The position numbers and the translations under genes are program-made. From assembly GCF_009834535.1 (NCBI RefSeq), contig NC_045707.1, forward strand, positions 61,320,001 to 61,384,000: a stretch of 64,000 bases of DNA, in the 5' to 3' direction. Within the stretch, counting starts at the first letter, position 1. The number at the start of each line of letters is the position of its first letter. The notes below the pieces were generated by a model. That model saw nothing but the letters and a program-made list of their open reading frames with translations. It did not search any database and was not told the origin of the DNA. Of the stretch, positions 12,575 through 24,804 are shown in pieces. The DNA comes from Camelus ferus (lineage: Eukaryota).

Positions 12575-14964
12575 GACAGTGTAAGAGTCATTTGAACTAC
12601 ACATCTGTTAACCAGAAGGCCAGCCTGACCTCAACTATTAACTGCCTTCCTGATGGCTGTATTGATGCCATCTGGTGTCGTTACCTCTGAAATCTTTGTA
12701 GGCAATCTGAGCTAAAGGCTGTGTGTGTGTGTGGGGGGGGGGTGTTCAAATATATTCTCAGGGTAATTTTTTTTTCTTGAAATTATGTTTAGTAACTCAC
12801 AGAAGTTTAATGTGCATCCCCCTTCCTTATTCTGTTAAATGATGATGACAGCATTAGGGGTTATAACTGTTAGGGATGGTGTCCATCTCCACGGAATTCA
12901 ACTTTCCTCTCGTGGCTTTTTCACTCACGTACAGTTTGTTTTTTCAAAAAAATAAACGTCTTCTCCATTAATCTATCTTGGTGGATTTGAGAGGCTCCAG
13001 GAAACACGTCCCTGAGTGATGCCATGTTTGTGCTGGTGATCCTCTCTCCTGGTTAATCTTGTGTTTGCAGCACCAAAGGCAGCTGCTAAAAAACAAATAT
13101 AATCTAAGAACAGCATCACCTTAAGCCTTGAGAACTGAAATTAGTTCATTAAGGAGACACATGGCCCAGGACATGGGAAGCAGCACAATTTAGCCCAGAG
13201 CGAAAGAAGGGAGAAGACATGAGTGTTGCCAGATGGTCTCAATGAAAGCCCTGGACACACAATTAAACTGTGTAGAAAAACATACATATGGTGTTGGAAT
13301 CTTGACAGTAATCTACATTATATTTTGCAGTTTACAATAGACTATACAACATTTATCAACTAATTATTTTTCCCAAAGCAGGTTAAATTTTTAAAAATCA
13401 ACACATTAACTTTCCTACTGACTCAAAACTTAACCTGCCAAATTCATAGAGAGATGGACTACTCGGGTTGCAGTAAATCCTTCACTTTAGCAGCTGTCCC
13501 TGAATGGAAACAGGATATTGGAGAGGTGGTGTTTTTGCTGGGGGTGGGGGGTGGCCATGGGGGAAACACATGATGGATTATCAAGCTGTGCTCCTCTTTC
13601 AAAGGGAATGGACATCTTGTCCAGGAAACAAATATCTAGCAAAAGACAAAATCACCCAAATTTGGAGGTGGCTCCTGCAGGGCTTACCTACGTACATAAC
13701 TATAGAGACAATGCTTGACTGAACTCGAAGCAGTGGAGAGAGTTGCTGTATTCTCTGTCTGGCCAAGAGCAGTGATTGATCAGATTTCCCAGAATAAGCC
13801 CAAGTCAGAACATTACAAAAGAATTTTCGATAGGAAACTTCTCTGGATCGTTGAAGACCTCTATGATGTAGCATTTCAGAGGTAAATGTTTTAGGTTTTG
13901 AACTTCTAAGTGGTCTTTCTATGATGCAGAAACACTTTTTATAGTGACAACCTTACTATCAGGTCCTTTTCTCAAAATATTTTGAAAGAAAATCTACTCC
14001 ACAAATGCTTTTTTAAGTGTCTATAATGTGCCAGACATTCTTGTAGGTGCTGGATATGGAGAAATATATGAGGCAAAAGGAAAACAGAGATACTGAACTA
14101 AATGAGAATTTAAATGAAAGATTTTATATATAAGGTTTTTTGATGAAGCTACCCAACTGCCTTATAGTTTATGAATATTTAAAAAAATGAGATAACACTA
14201 TCTTGAATTATGTGCTGATAAAACAGAACTAATTGGCACCACCGCACAGTTTTCCCCCACCTGGCTGGTAGGTAACACACACACGTGAATCAGGACCTGT
14301 GTTTCGCCAGGCGGCTCCGCACAGACTCCTGTATTGAGATGCCAATAAGACCAAAGTAAATAGCAAATTGGCCCTGGAGCGTGTGGTGCAGGCCCAGAGA
14401 GTAAGTGTGAAAGCCTCTCCAGGGAACGTCTGTCCCCAGAGCATGTCAGATTTGTAATAACAATACAGTTTGCTTAATTAGGAAATTGAATTTTTATTTA
14501 ATTTTTTTTTTAATTTCATGGGCAGAAACCTCTGCTATCAACTGTCCACATCATTCCAAGGCACTTGGCCAACCTAAGTGAAATGTACATAAAATTGGGT
14601 GTCAACCCACCTGGTTGTCTGCAGCCTTGCACATCCAACAGGTGAGTAAGTTTACAGAGTCCCCAAAAGTAGTGACACTATATGGTGTGTAAGGAAGAAG
14701 AAGCAAAATTTAAGCAGAAGTCTGGAGGAACCCAAAGCCAAATGTGACTGCTTTCACATATTTAGCTGAATTTGGCCTTGAATTCATTCTGAATACCCTT
14801 CAATCATTGAACGGTTCAGAGAGATGCTAAGTGTGTAGAGGGGAAGAAACCGTTGAGTTTGGCTGGAAACACAGGGTTGTGAGGGGGGAGCAGTGGCTGG
14901 CAGAATAATTGGGTACCTTACCGAAAGGGTTCTGAATGGCCTGACCAGTTATTTGGACCACAGT

Positions 14965-15850
14965 CAGTTATTCACTCAATGAGTATTTATAGAACATCCT
15001 GTGTACATCAGGAGTTGTTCTAGGCAGTGGAAATTCAGTGGTAAACAAGACGCAGAAAGGCCCAATGTTTGATTTTACTGGAGGTCGGTAGGGATTAAAA
15101 AATCAATAAGAAAACAAATGAGAAAATACCAGGGGGAGATAGGTGCTAAGAAGAAAATGCAATGGACAGTGAGAGAGATGACAGCACGGATGGGGTGGCT
15201 GTTAGGTGGTCCAGGAAGACCTCTCTATGGAAGTGACACTTAGGCAGAGACTAGGATGACAAGAAGGGAGCTTCCATGAGAAGGTCTTAGAGAAGAACTG
15301 TCCAGTGAGAGGGAACTGGCTCTCAGGTGGGAATCCGTTGTCTGGCTGGAAAGCAGTGATCGAGGGGGAAGGACAGAATCAAATGATGAGGTCAAGGGAG
15401 GTAAGCAGGGGGCCAGCCCACAGAAGGCCCCCTAGGTCGTGGTCAGGAGTTTCTGTATTTCCCTACGTGCGTTGGAAGGTAATAAAATGTTTTAATTAGA
15501 GATGTGTTGAAGTGTGAATGGATAGTTTTGTTTTTTTTTTTTTAAGTCCATTCCATTGCTCTTTTATGTCAAAAGTGGATTTGAGATGGGCACGGCTAGA
15601 AATAGGAGACCAGCTTCAGTAATTAACAAGAAGTCTATTTCAAACGTTGAGTGAGGGGTGCCGGCACCTGGAACTAATGAAGTAACAGAGGGAGTGAAGT
15701 GAAGTCTTGAAGGCAGATCTGATAGGACTTGATCATGAATGATAGGAGGGAAAGAGAGGAATCAGCTGTGACTCCTGGGTTTTGTTGGAATGGGGTGAAC
15801 ATGGAGAAGACTGGGGAGGAGCAGGTTTTACGGGGAGCCCAGAGTTCTCC
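14965..15850 (-). mobile_element. L2 LINE fragment
   Basis: Starts 'ttcactcaatgagtatttatagaacatcctgtgt..ttgttctaggcagtgg..gtggtaaacaagac' and continues purine-rich to 'ggagaagactggggaggagcaggtttt'. Confidence 0.85.
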
Positions 15851-17625
15851 AGGTGACTGGAAGCAACTTATTTTAGTTGATCTTTTTTTTTTTTTTTCTT
15901 TTTTGAGCAGGAAAATGGCACGATGAGAGTTACACTTCAGGGAGACAGCAGGTATCTATGAAATTGTGTGTGAAAGAATTAGGGCTGTGAGTTTTTAGTC
16001 TTGGTTCTAACATTATGACTCAGCCCTATAACAGTAGAGGTATAAAGTAAAAGGTACTTAAGTTCTCTTTGGATTATTTGTATTCATAATTGTTTATTAA
16101 AGCTCCCCAAGTACCAACAATTAAGCTAGGAGCTGTGAATGCCAGGTTGGATGAGACGTATTCCCTAGTGGTAGATAAACTATATCTGGAGTCATAGCAA
16201 GAACACATCTAACTGGAATATTGAGCTTTAATTTTCACTGTTGTGTTTTTGGCACAAAGCCAGTGTTACGGGAGTTCCAAACCTGGGGTGATTATGTCTG
16301 CCTGGGGTGGTTGCAGTGGGCTGGGGAAGTTATTTGGTGAAGTTCTCAGGTTTGGGGTAGGAGAAGAGGAAGTTGGTCACTGTTACAAAGTCACCCCAAT
16401 GTCCCTCTGCATGATGAGCATATGTGGTCTGTACCCTCCCCACCATGTTTGCATATATTTAAATTTTCCCCATATTCTTCTCCACAGTGACTGATGGCTT
16501 TCTGAATTTCTTTTTAGGTCTTCAGGTATTGTTAGGGGGTGATATAGTTAAGAAATAATCAACAGATCACATGCTCTCTTGCAGAGGGATGTTAAGCCAC
16601 CTTAATGGGCAGAGGAAATATTCTGAATAAGGCCATAGGGCACAGTGAGATACTGAGAGCCTCAGACGTGGAAGCTACTTCGGGTGAAGCCCAACTTCAT
16701 TTCTTCCTGTGACTCACCAGTTTGTACTGTGAAAGGCCCGAGACTCTGTCATCAAAGATCCTACATTGTTCATCTCTCCAGGGTCCAGCCTAGTAAAAAA
16801 TGGGCACTCGAGAAGGTTTACTCTTTGTTTCTTTGTGTTGGCAAGTCCTGTTTGTTGTCGCTGCTGTCGTTTTTGTTAAATTGTGCCACTGAGACAACTT
16901 GAGGGAAAGCAAAAACTGGAGGCAGGGTGGGGACCAGCAGTCCTTCCTTGGCTTTTCTTGTATTGAAAACAGCTTTCGAGTAGCTTCCTTTACTTTCCAA
17001 CCCTTCAAATTGTTACCCCTTTCAATGGCAACAGATTCCTCAGGGCATAATCAAAAGCAGGCAGATGTCATCTCCTCTTGGATAGATGAGAAGGAGCAAG
17101 GAGGAAGCTGCAGGGAGCATATTGCAGGCACAGGAGCTGCTATTTCTAGAGACAAAGAGGTGCCTGCGGGCCATGTCCCGTCTTGCCCAGCGGAAGAGTG
17201 TGTTTCTAATGGGATTATTCCTACCTAATCTAGAAACTGCATACTATTATTCACTCTCTGACTCCATTTTCCACGGGTCATATTCTCTCTCTTTTTTTTC
17301 CCCCCAGAAAACCTTTATATTCTGCTTAAATAGAAATCATAGAAGGGCTGAGCATGGAAGTGCTCACCTGCAGAAAAGAATATGGGAAGGAGGAACAGAA
17401 CGATCACATTATCTTGCTGGGTCATTGTGTCCCTGCTTTTATAAGTGACCCTGTCCTCTTTTGCCTTCTTTTCTCTCTCTTCCTCAAGTGAGCACACTGA
17501 AATAAGCATAATTTGTTTTTCCTTTCTTACCAGTTTTCCAAAAAAAAGCACATCCTTATAACTTGTAAAATTTTTATAAGCTCAAGGATTCCTGGTTCAA
17601 TGGAAGAAAACTAGAAATGCAGATA

Positions 17626-17841
17626 AACACTAATTATGCAATACTACTGAACTCACAGATCAGCATCCCTTTGTGTGGTATGCAGGTATCACTGTGCCAC
17701 ATTGGAGAGGAATTACGTTTCCCTTGTACGCTGCAATAAATATAAAGAGTAATGTAAAGATGTTCAAGACTCACGAAGATTGCACAATGATTTTTCACTT
17801 AACAAAATAAAAGAAAAACAAAGCTTCAAAAAAAAAAAAAA
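17626..17841 (+). pseudogene. Unidentified polyadenylated retroposed insert (retrocopy 3' end or orphan transduction)
   Basis: AATAAA at 17806-17811 and A15 at 17828-17842, flanked by agaaatgcagata (17613-17625) and agaaatacagata (17842-17854). Confidence 0.7.
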
Positions 17842-17879
17842 AGAAATACAGATAGACAAAGATGAATAGAATCACTTAT

Positions 17880-18004
17880 GGGAGGATGTAGCTCAGTAAA
17901 AGAGTATGTGCTTTACATGCACGAGGCCCTGTGGGCAATACCCAGTACCTCTGTCTAAATAGGTAAATAAATTAATTACCCTCCTCAATTAAAAAAAATT
18001 TTTA
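17880..18004 (+). mobile_element. Vic-1-like SINE with 15-bp TSD
   Basis: gggaggatgtagctcagtaaaagagtatgtgctttacatgcacgaggccct. Perfect TSD aatagaatcacttat at 17865-17879 and 18005-18019. Confidence 0.93.
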
Positions 18005-18604
18005 AATAGAATCACTTATCAAAATAACTACTATGAATATATTGTAAATAAATTTCTTGTCCTTTCCAACACATTCATGCACATAGAAGCACGAATTTAT
18101 ACACGCGCATCCATAAACTGCTTTTCTCTCTTAGCAATACATCAGTTAATGTTTTTAAGTGTGATTATAAAATCTCAAAACAAATGTATAAGTGTAAATT
18201 TTGAGCTTTTCTCAAAAATTCCCCAACTAATTCAGAGAGTTTTCTGGGGTATCTTGTGTGAGCTCTAACAATAAACCTCTTGGCTATTTTTTTCTCTCTA
18301 AAGCACCAAGCTCTTTTCTCCTTTATTGCTTTTCCTTAGTGCTATGAAGAACAGAAGTGTAACTGTTTTCTCCCCCCCCACCTCCCTCCCAGAGACAGCA
18401 TCTTTGCTGCTGGTGGGGGCATGGAGTGTCTCGAAGAACGATCTCGACGTTTGATGCTCAAGATACAGCTATCTGCGCTGAGTGTGCTGTGTCCCACTCA
18501 TATGAACGTAATTGAAACTAATGGAGATGTTGATTTTTTTCTCAATGTACCTGGTATTTTGTTCTTTATTCTCTCTTTTTATCAAAGCCCTCTTTCCCCC
18601 AGTA

Positions 18605-18850
18605 CTCACACATTCATCTGTTCAGTCATTCAGTAAGTACATGGGCCAGGTAATAGGGAGACCAGGAAACAAAGCAGAAGTGATCCCTGGCTTCACGGAG
18701 CCTCTGGTCAAGCAGAGGAAACAGACATTAAGATGGTAAACACACCAACAAATACATACTTTGATTAGGAAGGAGATTATAGACGCTGAGCAGGAGAATA
18801 ATAGACGGTGCACAGTTTTTATTGTGGACTCAGGAAAGCTGCTTTCAGAA
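18605..18850 (-). mobile_element. L2 3' fragment
   Basis: 'cattcatctgttcagtcattcagtaagta..atccctggcttcacggagcct'. Confidence 0.65.
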
Positions 18851-19171
18851 ACAGAGTCAGTGGGTGCCAGGAAGATGATTAGCTCAAGATCCAGCACCAT
18901 CTTGTCCCAGAATCATCTTCACCCTGACACCCTGGCCCTTTTTCCTCGCAGTCACCTTCTTGCCCCAGCCTCTCAGGGCGAACTCTTCCTCCAAGACTCC
19001 TCTGTCCTTTCATAAAAGGATTCTGCCGGGCTGTCCCCCAGATCTCTAAATTTATAGAGTCCTGGAATAAACAGTTTCAAATCTATCCATTTGCATACCT
19101 TCCTATACAATCTTGGTTAAAAATAGCTACTCAGTAAAAAAAGACCTAATTATCCAATCTAGATAATTTTT

Positions 19172-19513
19172 CTTTTTTTCTTTTTCTTTTTTTTTTAATT
19201 GAACTACAGTCTATTACAGTGTATCAATTTCTAGTGTACAGCACAATGTCCCCATCATGCATATACAAACATATATTCATTTTCATATTCTTTCATTAAA
19301 GGCTATTACAAGATATTGAATATAGTTCCCTGTGCTATACAGAAGAAACTTTTTAAAATCTATTTTTATATATAGTGGCTAACATTTGTAAATCTCAAAC
19401 TCCCAAATTTATCCCTTCCCACTCCCTTTCCTCAGTAAGCATAAGATTGTTTACTATGTCTGCGAGTCTGTTTCTGTTTTGTAGATGAGTTCATAGTGTT
19501 CTTTTTTTTTTTT
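19172..19513 (-). mobile_element. 5'-truncated artiodactyl-type L1 3' UTR with 12-bp TSD
   Basis: T-tail, 'aattgaactacagtctattaca' and 'ttacaagatattgaatatagttccctgtgctatacag'. TSD tagataattttt at 19160-19171 and 19514-19525. Confidence 0.92.
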
Positions 19514-21036
19514 TAGATAATTTTTATAATTCAAGTGACTGTTTGATGACCTATCTGTTGGAGGGCTAGTGCTAGTTGGTGGTGTTCTGTGGTACAAGGG
19601 AAAGATAATCGCTTTCACAGTCGAAGACAAATAATGGATTGGAAGAAAAGAGAAGTTTTATTATTTTTCCTCAAACAGATTTACTTTGGTCCTTTGAATG
19701 ATAGAAAGCTTTCACATGAGGGACAGAGGAAGACTGAGGGAGGGAGAGAGGGAGGAGAGGGAATAAGGGACAGAGGATGAAATGCTTAGAGCATTCTAAG
19801 TACCAAGGCTCTTAGTCTTCCTCTGTGTTGCCTGGTTTAATGACCTAATATGAATGAGATACAGTTATACTCCCGTACCGTTCATTTATCAGACGAGGCA
19901 AGTGTCTTTTGCCTCATCTTTTTGAACCATTTCATTTTTCTTTAATGGCATTTCTCTGGACTCTCCTTTTCTAGGCACAGACAGCGTGGCCGGGGCTGAT
20001 AATGGATAATGAGTTGTTTCATAGTAGAAATTTATGATAACCTTGGCCTCATAAAGTCTTCCCTTCACACAGGAGTCATTTATGAAAATCTATGAAGAAA
20101 TTATAGATGCACTGTGTTACAGGAGAATGGCAGCTGGAAGTATGGCGGTTTTAAACAGCTTGTAAGCTTCTGAGCATGACTTGTGTGTGGAAATAAAAAG
20201 ATATATACACACGGCTCAGCGAGCTATCAGTGGGGATGTTGTAAATCAGAGCAGAAGGTCACAAAAATTGGAGGGTATTTCTCTGCTCGTTACTGAGTCT
20301 GGGACTGTTTTTTACCTTGGCACTTTGTAATCTTCAATCATCAACTTATCTAAAAATATCTTATAGGAATGTCAAACTGCTTAGGGTTTAATTCCCTTTT
20401 TTTTTTTTTTTTAAGAGACACTTCTTTTGGTTTAAGTTGCCTGAAAAGTCACCTTGTTGTATCACTGAATTCTGCTGTGCTGTTGAATTTTTCATCTGCT
20501 TTCCTAGACTTGCTCCTGCAGTGGTCAGTGAAGTGAGGCGTCAGGAAAAGGGGGGCAGGAAAGGCAGATGTAAATGCATATGCTGACCTTGAAGCAGACC
20601 TTCAACTCTGAATGCTGTCAGGGGAGATGCGATGAGGGCTTAGATCCCTTCCGCTGGGCAAGATGTTGGAGATCCTCTTGCTTCAAGAAAACTCCCGTAT
20701 CCTTGCTATAATATCTCTTCTCCCTGTTACTCAGAAAATATATAATTGCCTGTATTTAGGGCAATGGTTCTGTGGACTATTCAGTGGACTGTCAGCCTTT
20801 CAGCAATAAGAGAGACCATAACAAGATTTCTATCCCAGGATCCGTAAAACCTTGTTAAAAAGACAATTCACAGTTCAAGCGGAATTTTGCTTTCATAAAA
20901 AAAAAAAAAAAATTCCTCTGATTATTCAATCAGTTGGTATTGTAGAAATTTGGAACCTCTTTATGAAATGCAGTATGCCTAAATGGACTTTCCATTTACC
21001 ATTTTGTTGATATAATTGCAAGTGTATTTCATCAGA

Positions 21037-21272
21037 AATAATACTAGCTATCTCATGGATTGATCACTTACTCTCTACCACACTTACTCTCTCTATGCCC
21101 AGTGCCTTTTATGTGATCTTATTTAATCCTTACAAAAACCTTTTGAGTAAGGATGTTGGTACTATTCCTGTATCACAGATAGAGAAACTGAGGTTTAGAA
21201 AGATGCAGTAACATGTTTATTATTTTATATGGATAGTAAGTGGTAGAGCCAGAATGCAGACCATGACCTGGG
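21037..21272 (-). mobile_element. MIR SINE
   Basis: 'atttaatccttacaaaaacct..acagatagagaaactgaggtttagaaag..agtaagtggtagagccagaat'. Confidence 0.85.
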
Positions 21273-21339
21273 CCCTAATTACTAATTTCAACCTCAAAGA
21301 ATTAACATTAAATGACAGATTTGAGGAAAGAAAAGATAT

Positions 21340-21575
21340 TGTTAAGGGCATCCCTTGAGGAGGAACCAGGACCTGGCTTTATTGCCACACTATTTTTTCT
21401 TGATTGCTCCTCCTTTGTTTCTGCATTACCTCCCCTCCCTAATTAGAGAATGCTGAATCTGCTCTTTGGAACTCAGGGATGGTCCAGGAGGCTGAAACCT
21501 TTTTCCTGCAAATAAGAAATGGACCCAGAAAGGATTTGAACCTGGGAGGGCCCCACAGGATCCTGCTCAGTTTCA
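21340..21575 (-). mobile_element. Short ERV1-type solo LTR
   Basis: The minus strand reads TGAAACTGAGCAGGATCCTGTGGGGCCC...AATAAAGCCAGG...TTAACA, giving TG..CA ends and a polyA signal near the 3' end. TSD not clear. Confidence 0.75.
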
Positions 21576-21919
21576 AGAATATTCCGGAGTTTTCTTTCTA
21601 AAGAGAAGGGTAAGTATTCATGCTCATTAATATTCTGCCTGATGTGTATACACACATATTGCAGAATTCTCAAACTGGAAAAATAAACTGGCTTGGGATG
21701 AGTAAGAATCCAGGTCATCTTAAAAATACTTCAGTGCTTTTTAGCTCTTTTTAAGTTAAGATATTTTTGTTCTGATAGAAATGATGTAAGTAGAACATAT
21801 TCAATGGTCCTGAGAGCTAAAAAAAATCCTCACAGTGCTTTCAAGAGAAAGCTTTTGTTATTATTCCCATTTTATGTACTAAAGGACAGACATATTGAAA
21901 TATGTCAGTACTGATTGTA

Positions 21920-22110
21920 AAATAATGCCGAATGTTTATTGAGCACTTAATATGTGCCAGGCACTCATTTAAGTAACTCTATTAAGTAAATACTCCCCCA
22001 TGTTATAGACGATAAAGCTGAGACACAGTTATAACTTCCCAAGGTCATACAAAGTATCACAGCCAGAATGGAAGCCAGCCAGCCATCTCTAGAATCTGTG
22101 CTCTGAATCA
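21920..22110 (-). mobile_element. MIR SINE
   Basis: 'tttattgagcacttaatatgtgccaggcact..cttcccaaggtcatacaa'. Confidence 0.85.
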
Positions 22111-22739
22111 CCCTGTAACATGGCCTCTCCTTCTGTACATGCTACTGTATTTACATGTTAACCACACCCTATGTCGCTGTCATGTTTCAATAATGTATTA
22201 CATTTGTGTTTTGCAGTTGCCATCCATGGTGACCAAAATTTATAACACTGGCTCAAGTCTCTTTAACGATCCAATCAGTTCAGTAGCATTTTTGGTTTTT
22301 ATTTCTTTTGGAACACAATTATCATGATCTTACTCGTTCGTTAATTTACTCAGTCATTTTTAAGTTCATTGATTAACTTACTCAGTCAATAAATAGTTAT
22401 TCAGCATATACTGAAATGCACTATCTATAATTTGATTTGCTAGGCATTTGGGGGAGTTATAAAGACTCTATTAATGGATTCCATAACCCACAACCTAAGG
22501 GAGGGCCAGTGTAACAGAGTAAGGCAAATTCAAGTAATAGAGCTAACTTGACCACGGTTCAGGATAACGTATTATTGTAACAGAGTTGAGAATTAAGCGC
22601 TGTAGGGATTACAAGAAGGGAAACATATTGTATCAGGATAGAGGTCAGGAAGGATTTGTGAAGAAAATGAAACTAAGAAGGATTTAAGGCTGTCTTAAAG
22701 GCTGAATATTTGCTATTGGAGATGTTACATTCAGAAAAG

Positions 22740-22880
22740 ACCTTAGAGACATTATACCTAATTCTCTCATTTTAAATTTGAGAACACTGAGAATCAGAAA
22801 GGTTAACTGATTTCCCAAGGTCACATATCCCATCTGTAACCCCTTCTTCAATTCCAAACCTGAATGCTTGCTTAGCACTC
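22740..22880 (-). mobile_element. MIR fragment
   Basis: 'ctgagaatcagaaaggttaactgatttcccaaggtcaca'. Confidence 0.75.
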
Positions 22881-24211
22881 GTTTTCAAATAGCTTTGACA
22901 GTTTATCTTGAATTCAGTATTGGTTACCTTGTTTAAGTACTCTCAAGAGGCAAATAAAGTAAAACAGACTTTTAGTAATTAGTAAAAATCATTAAGGAAA
23001 TGTAATGCTGACTAGGCAAATCTAAAGTAGGGTCTGACAGATTTAGTGCCAAGACAGGCTTGGAAGAGAAGAGGAAGTAGCAGATGGAGTTTTATGTTAG
23101 TCATGACAGCAGGTGGGAAACAGGTAATAGCAAACAGATGGGCCCCCTAATATAGAAAGACCACCAGCATCACATCTTCCACTGCTTTGTTCCCAAACAG
23201 TAGTGAGATTGAATAGATAGTTCATTGCAAAAATCTTATTGAGCACAAACTCTTAGAGGTATAACGCTGAGTATCAAGAGGAAAGTATAAAAATAAGACC
23301 GTTTCTTTACTTAAGCTCTGTACTGAGGCTCAAGAAGAATAGGAAGTATAAAACAGGTACAAAAAGAGAGCAACATAATGCAAAAACGGACAAATAAATG
23401 CTTAAAGAGAAATATAACCAAAATATTTATGGAGAAGGTGGCACTCAAGGTGGGTCTAGTATATGGGGCCAGAAAAGCAAAAGGAAATGTTCAAAACGAA
23501 CAAAAGCTCAGAGGTACAAGTGCTGGGAAGGATTTGCTTAACTGCAAATGGCACACGTAGTTACAGACAGGCAAATCCATGTCCTAGGTGGCTCAGGCTG
23601 GAACCAAGTCACTTAAAACTCTCTTAATTTCCATTTCTTGATTTCTAAAATGAGCTCGTTTCTACAATCCCTTCCAGGTTTAGAAGCAAGTAATCTCTTA
23701 TCTAGAATCTAATGCAATGTCAGATTAATAGTTTCCAAAGTGTGGGACAGTCTGTGCTGCCAGTGGACTGCAGACTTCAAGTGGTATGTATGTAATATTT
23801 ATGTTAATAATTATATAATTTTTAGCTTTTCTTTCTATTTAAAACAAGTGACACTGATTTCCTTTTTTTTTTTTTTTTTTGGTAAAGTTAGACATTTAAA
23901 ATTTCTGTGTAAGTGCAAAATGTGTACCAAGTTGTAGAAATGATTGTTGTGCAAATGATTTCTCGCCAAAAGAGAAGATAATCCCAAAGGTTATGCTCTG
24001 ATTGTCATGCAGAATATTAACCAGCTTTGAATCTAATTTAGCCAATCATATTCCAGCATTCTTTCTCTTACTGGCTTCAGTGCTTTATATCTTAGAACTA
24101 TCTATGCTGCCTTGCTGGTTTCTCATTAATAAAGCAAGTCAATCTTTCCCATGCTCACGATTTGATTTGAGTTACATTTGTAGCTTTTCAAAAATGATGC
24201 TTTGGCAAACA

Positions 24212-24804
24212 ATGTATCATTTAGGGTTTAAGCAAAACCATATGTATATTTATTTATATGTTTATTATTATATATGTATGTATATATATAGTTAATTACA
24301 AGGATTTGAACTTACTGTACTATGGCAGCTGGTTAGGAAGTCTAAGTAAGGCTGTACGGTTGTTTCTGTGTCTGGCATTAGCACCTGAGTCTGCAGGCAG
24401 CTGGGAAAAGAAGATGGATGTAAAGCAGAGCAAGCAAAGACAGGATGGATGAAGGAGAAGCTGGTGCCTTCCATCATGTAGCTAAATATGCACCTGGTCC
24501 AGGAGTCAGGGATGTTAATCCAGCAGGAGGACCTGGCAGGGGCCCAGCTGCTGTCCCATGCCAACGAGGTGAGCCTGCAGGTAGGTAACACCACTGGGTG
24601 AGTTCCATCAGTGCTTCGTACCCCATATCCACCTTTCAAGCATAAAAAAAAAAAACCCAAAAAAAACAAGACGGCCACTGCTTCCTTTCTACTTTCTTAG
24701 TCTCCTGCAAAATATCTTTGAGGCCACACTGTCCGGGCAGAGAAGGGAATTCTGGAAAATATAGTTCCAATGTAGCCAAGTTGATACAATACAAAATCGT
24801 CACA
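24212..24804 (-). mobile_element. ERVL solo LTR (MLT2-like)
   Basis: Begins 'tgtatcatttagggttt', has an internal TA-rich tract and ends 'tagccaagttgatacaatacaaaatcgtcaca', like the MLT2 terminus. Confidence 0.75.

Noticed and set aside
12380..12604. Lys/Glu/Arg-rich and Phe/Leu/Ser-rich ORFs
   Set aside because: These are translations of a microsatellite.
16899..17448. Overlapping 109-aa and 120-aa ORFs
   Set aside because: No recognisable protein similarity or convincing splice boundaries; the lengths are within chance expectation.
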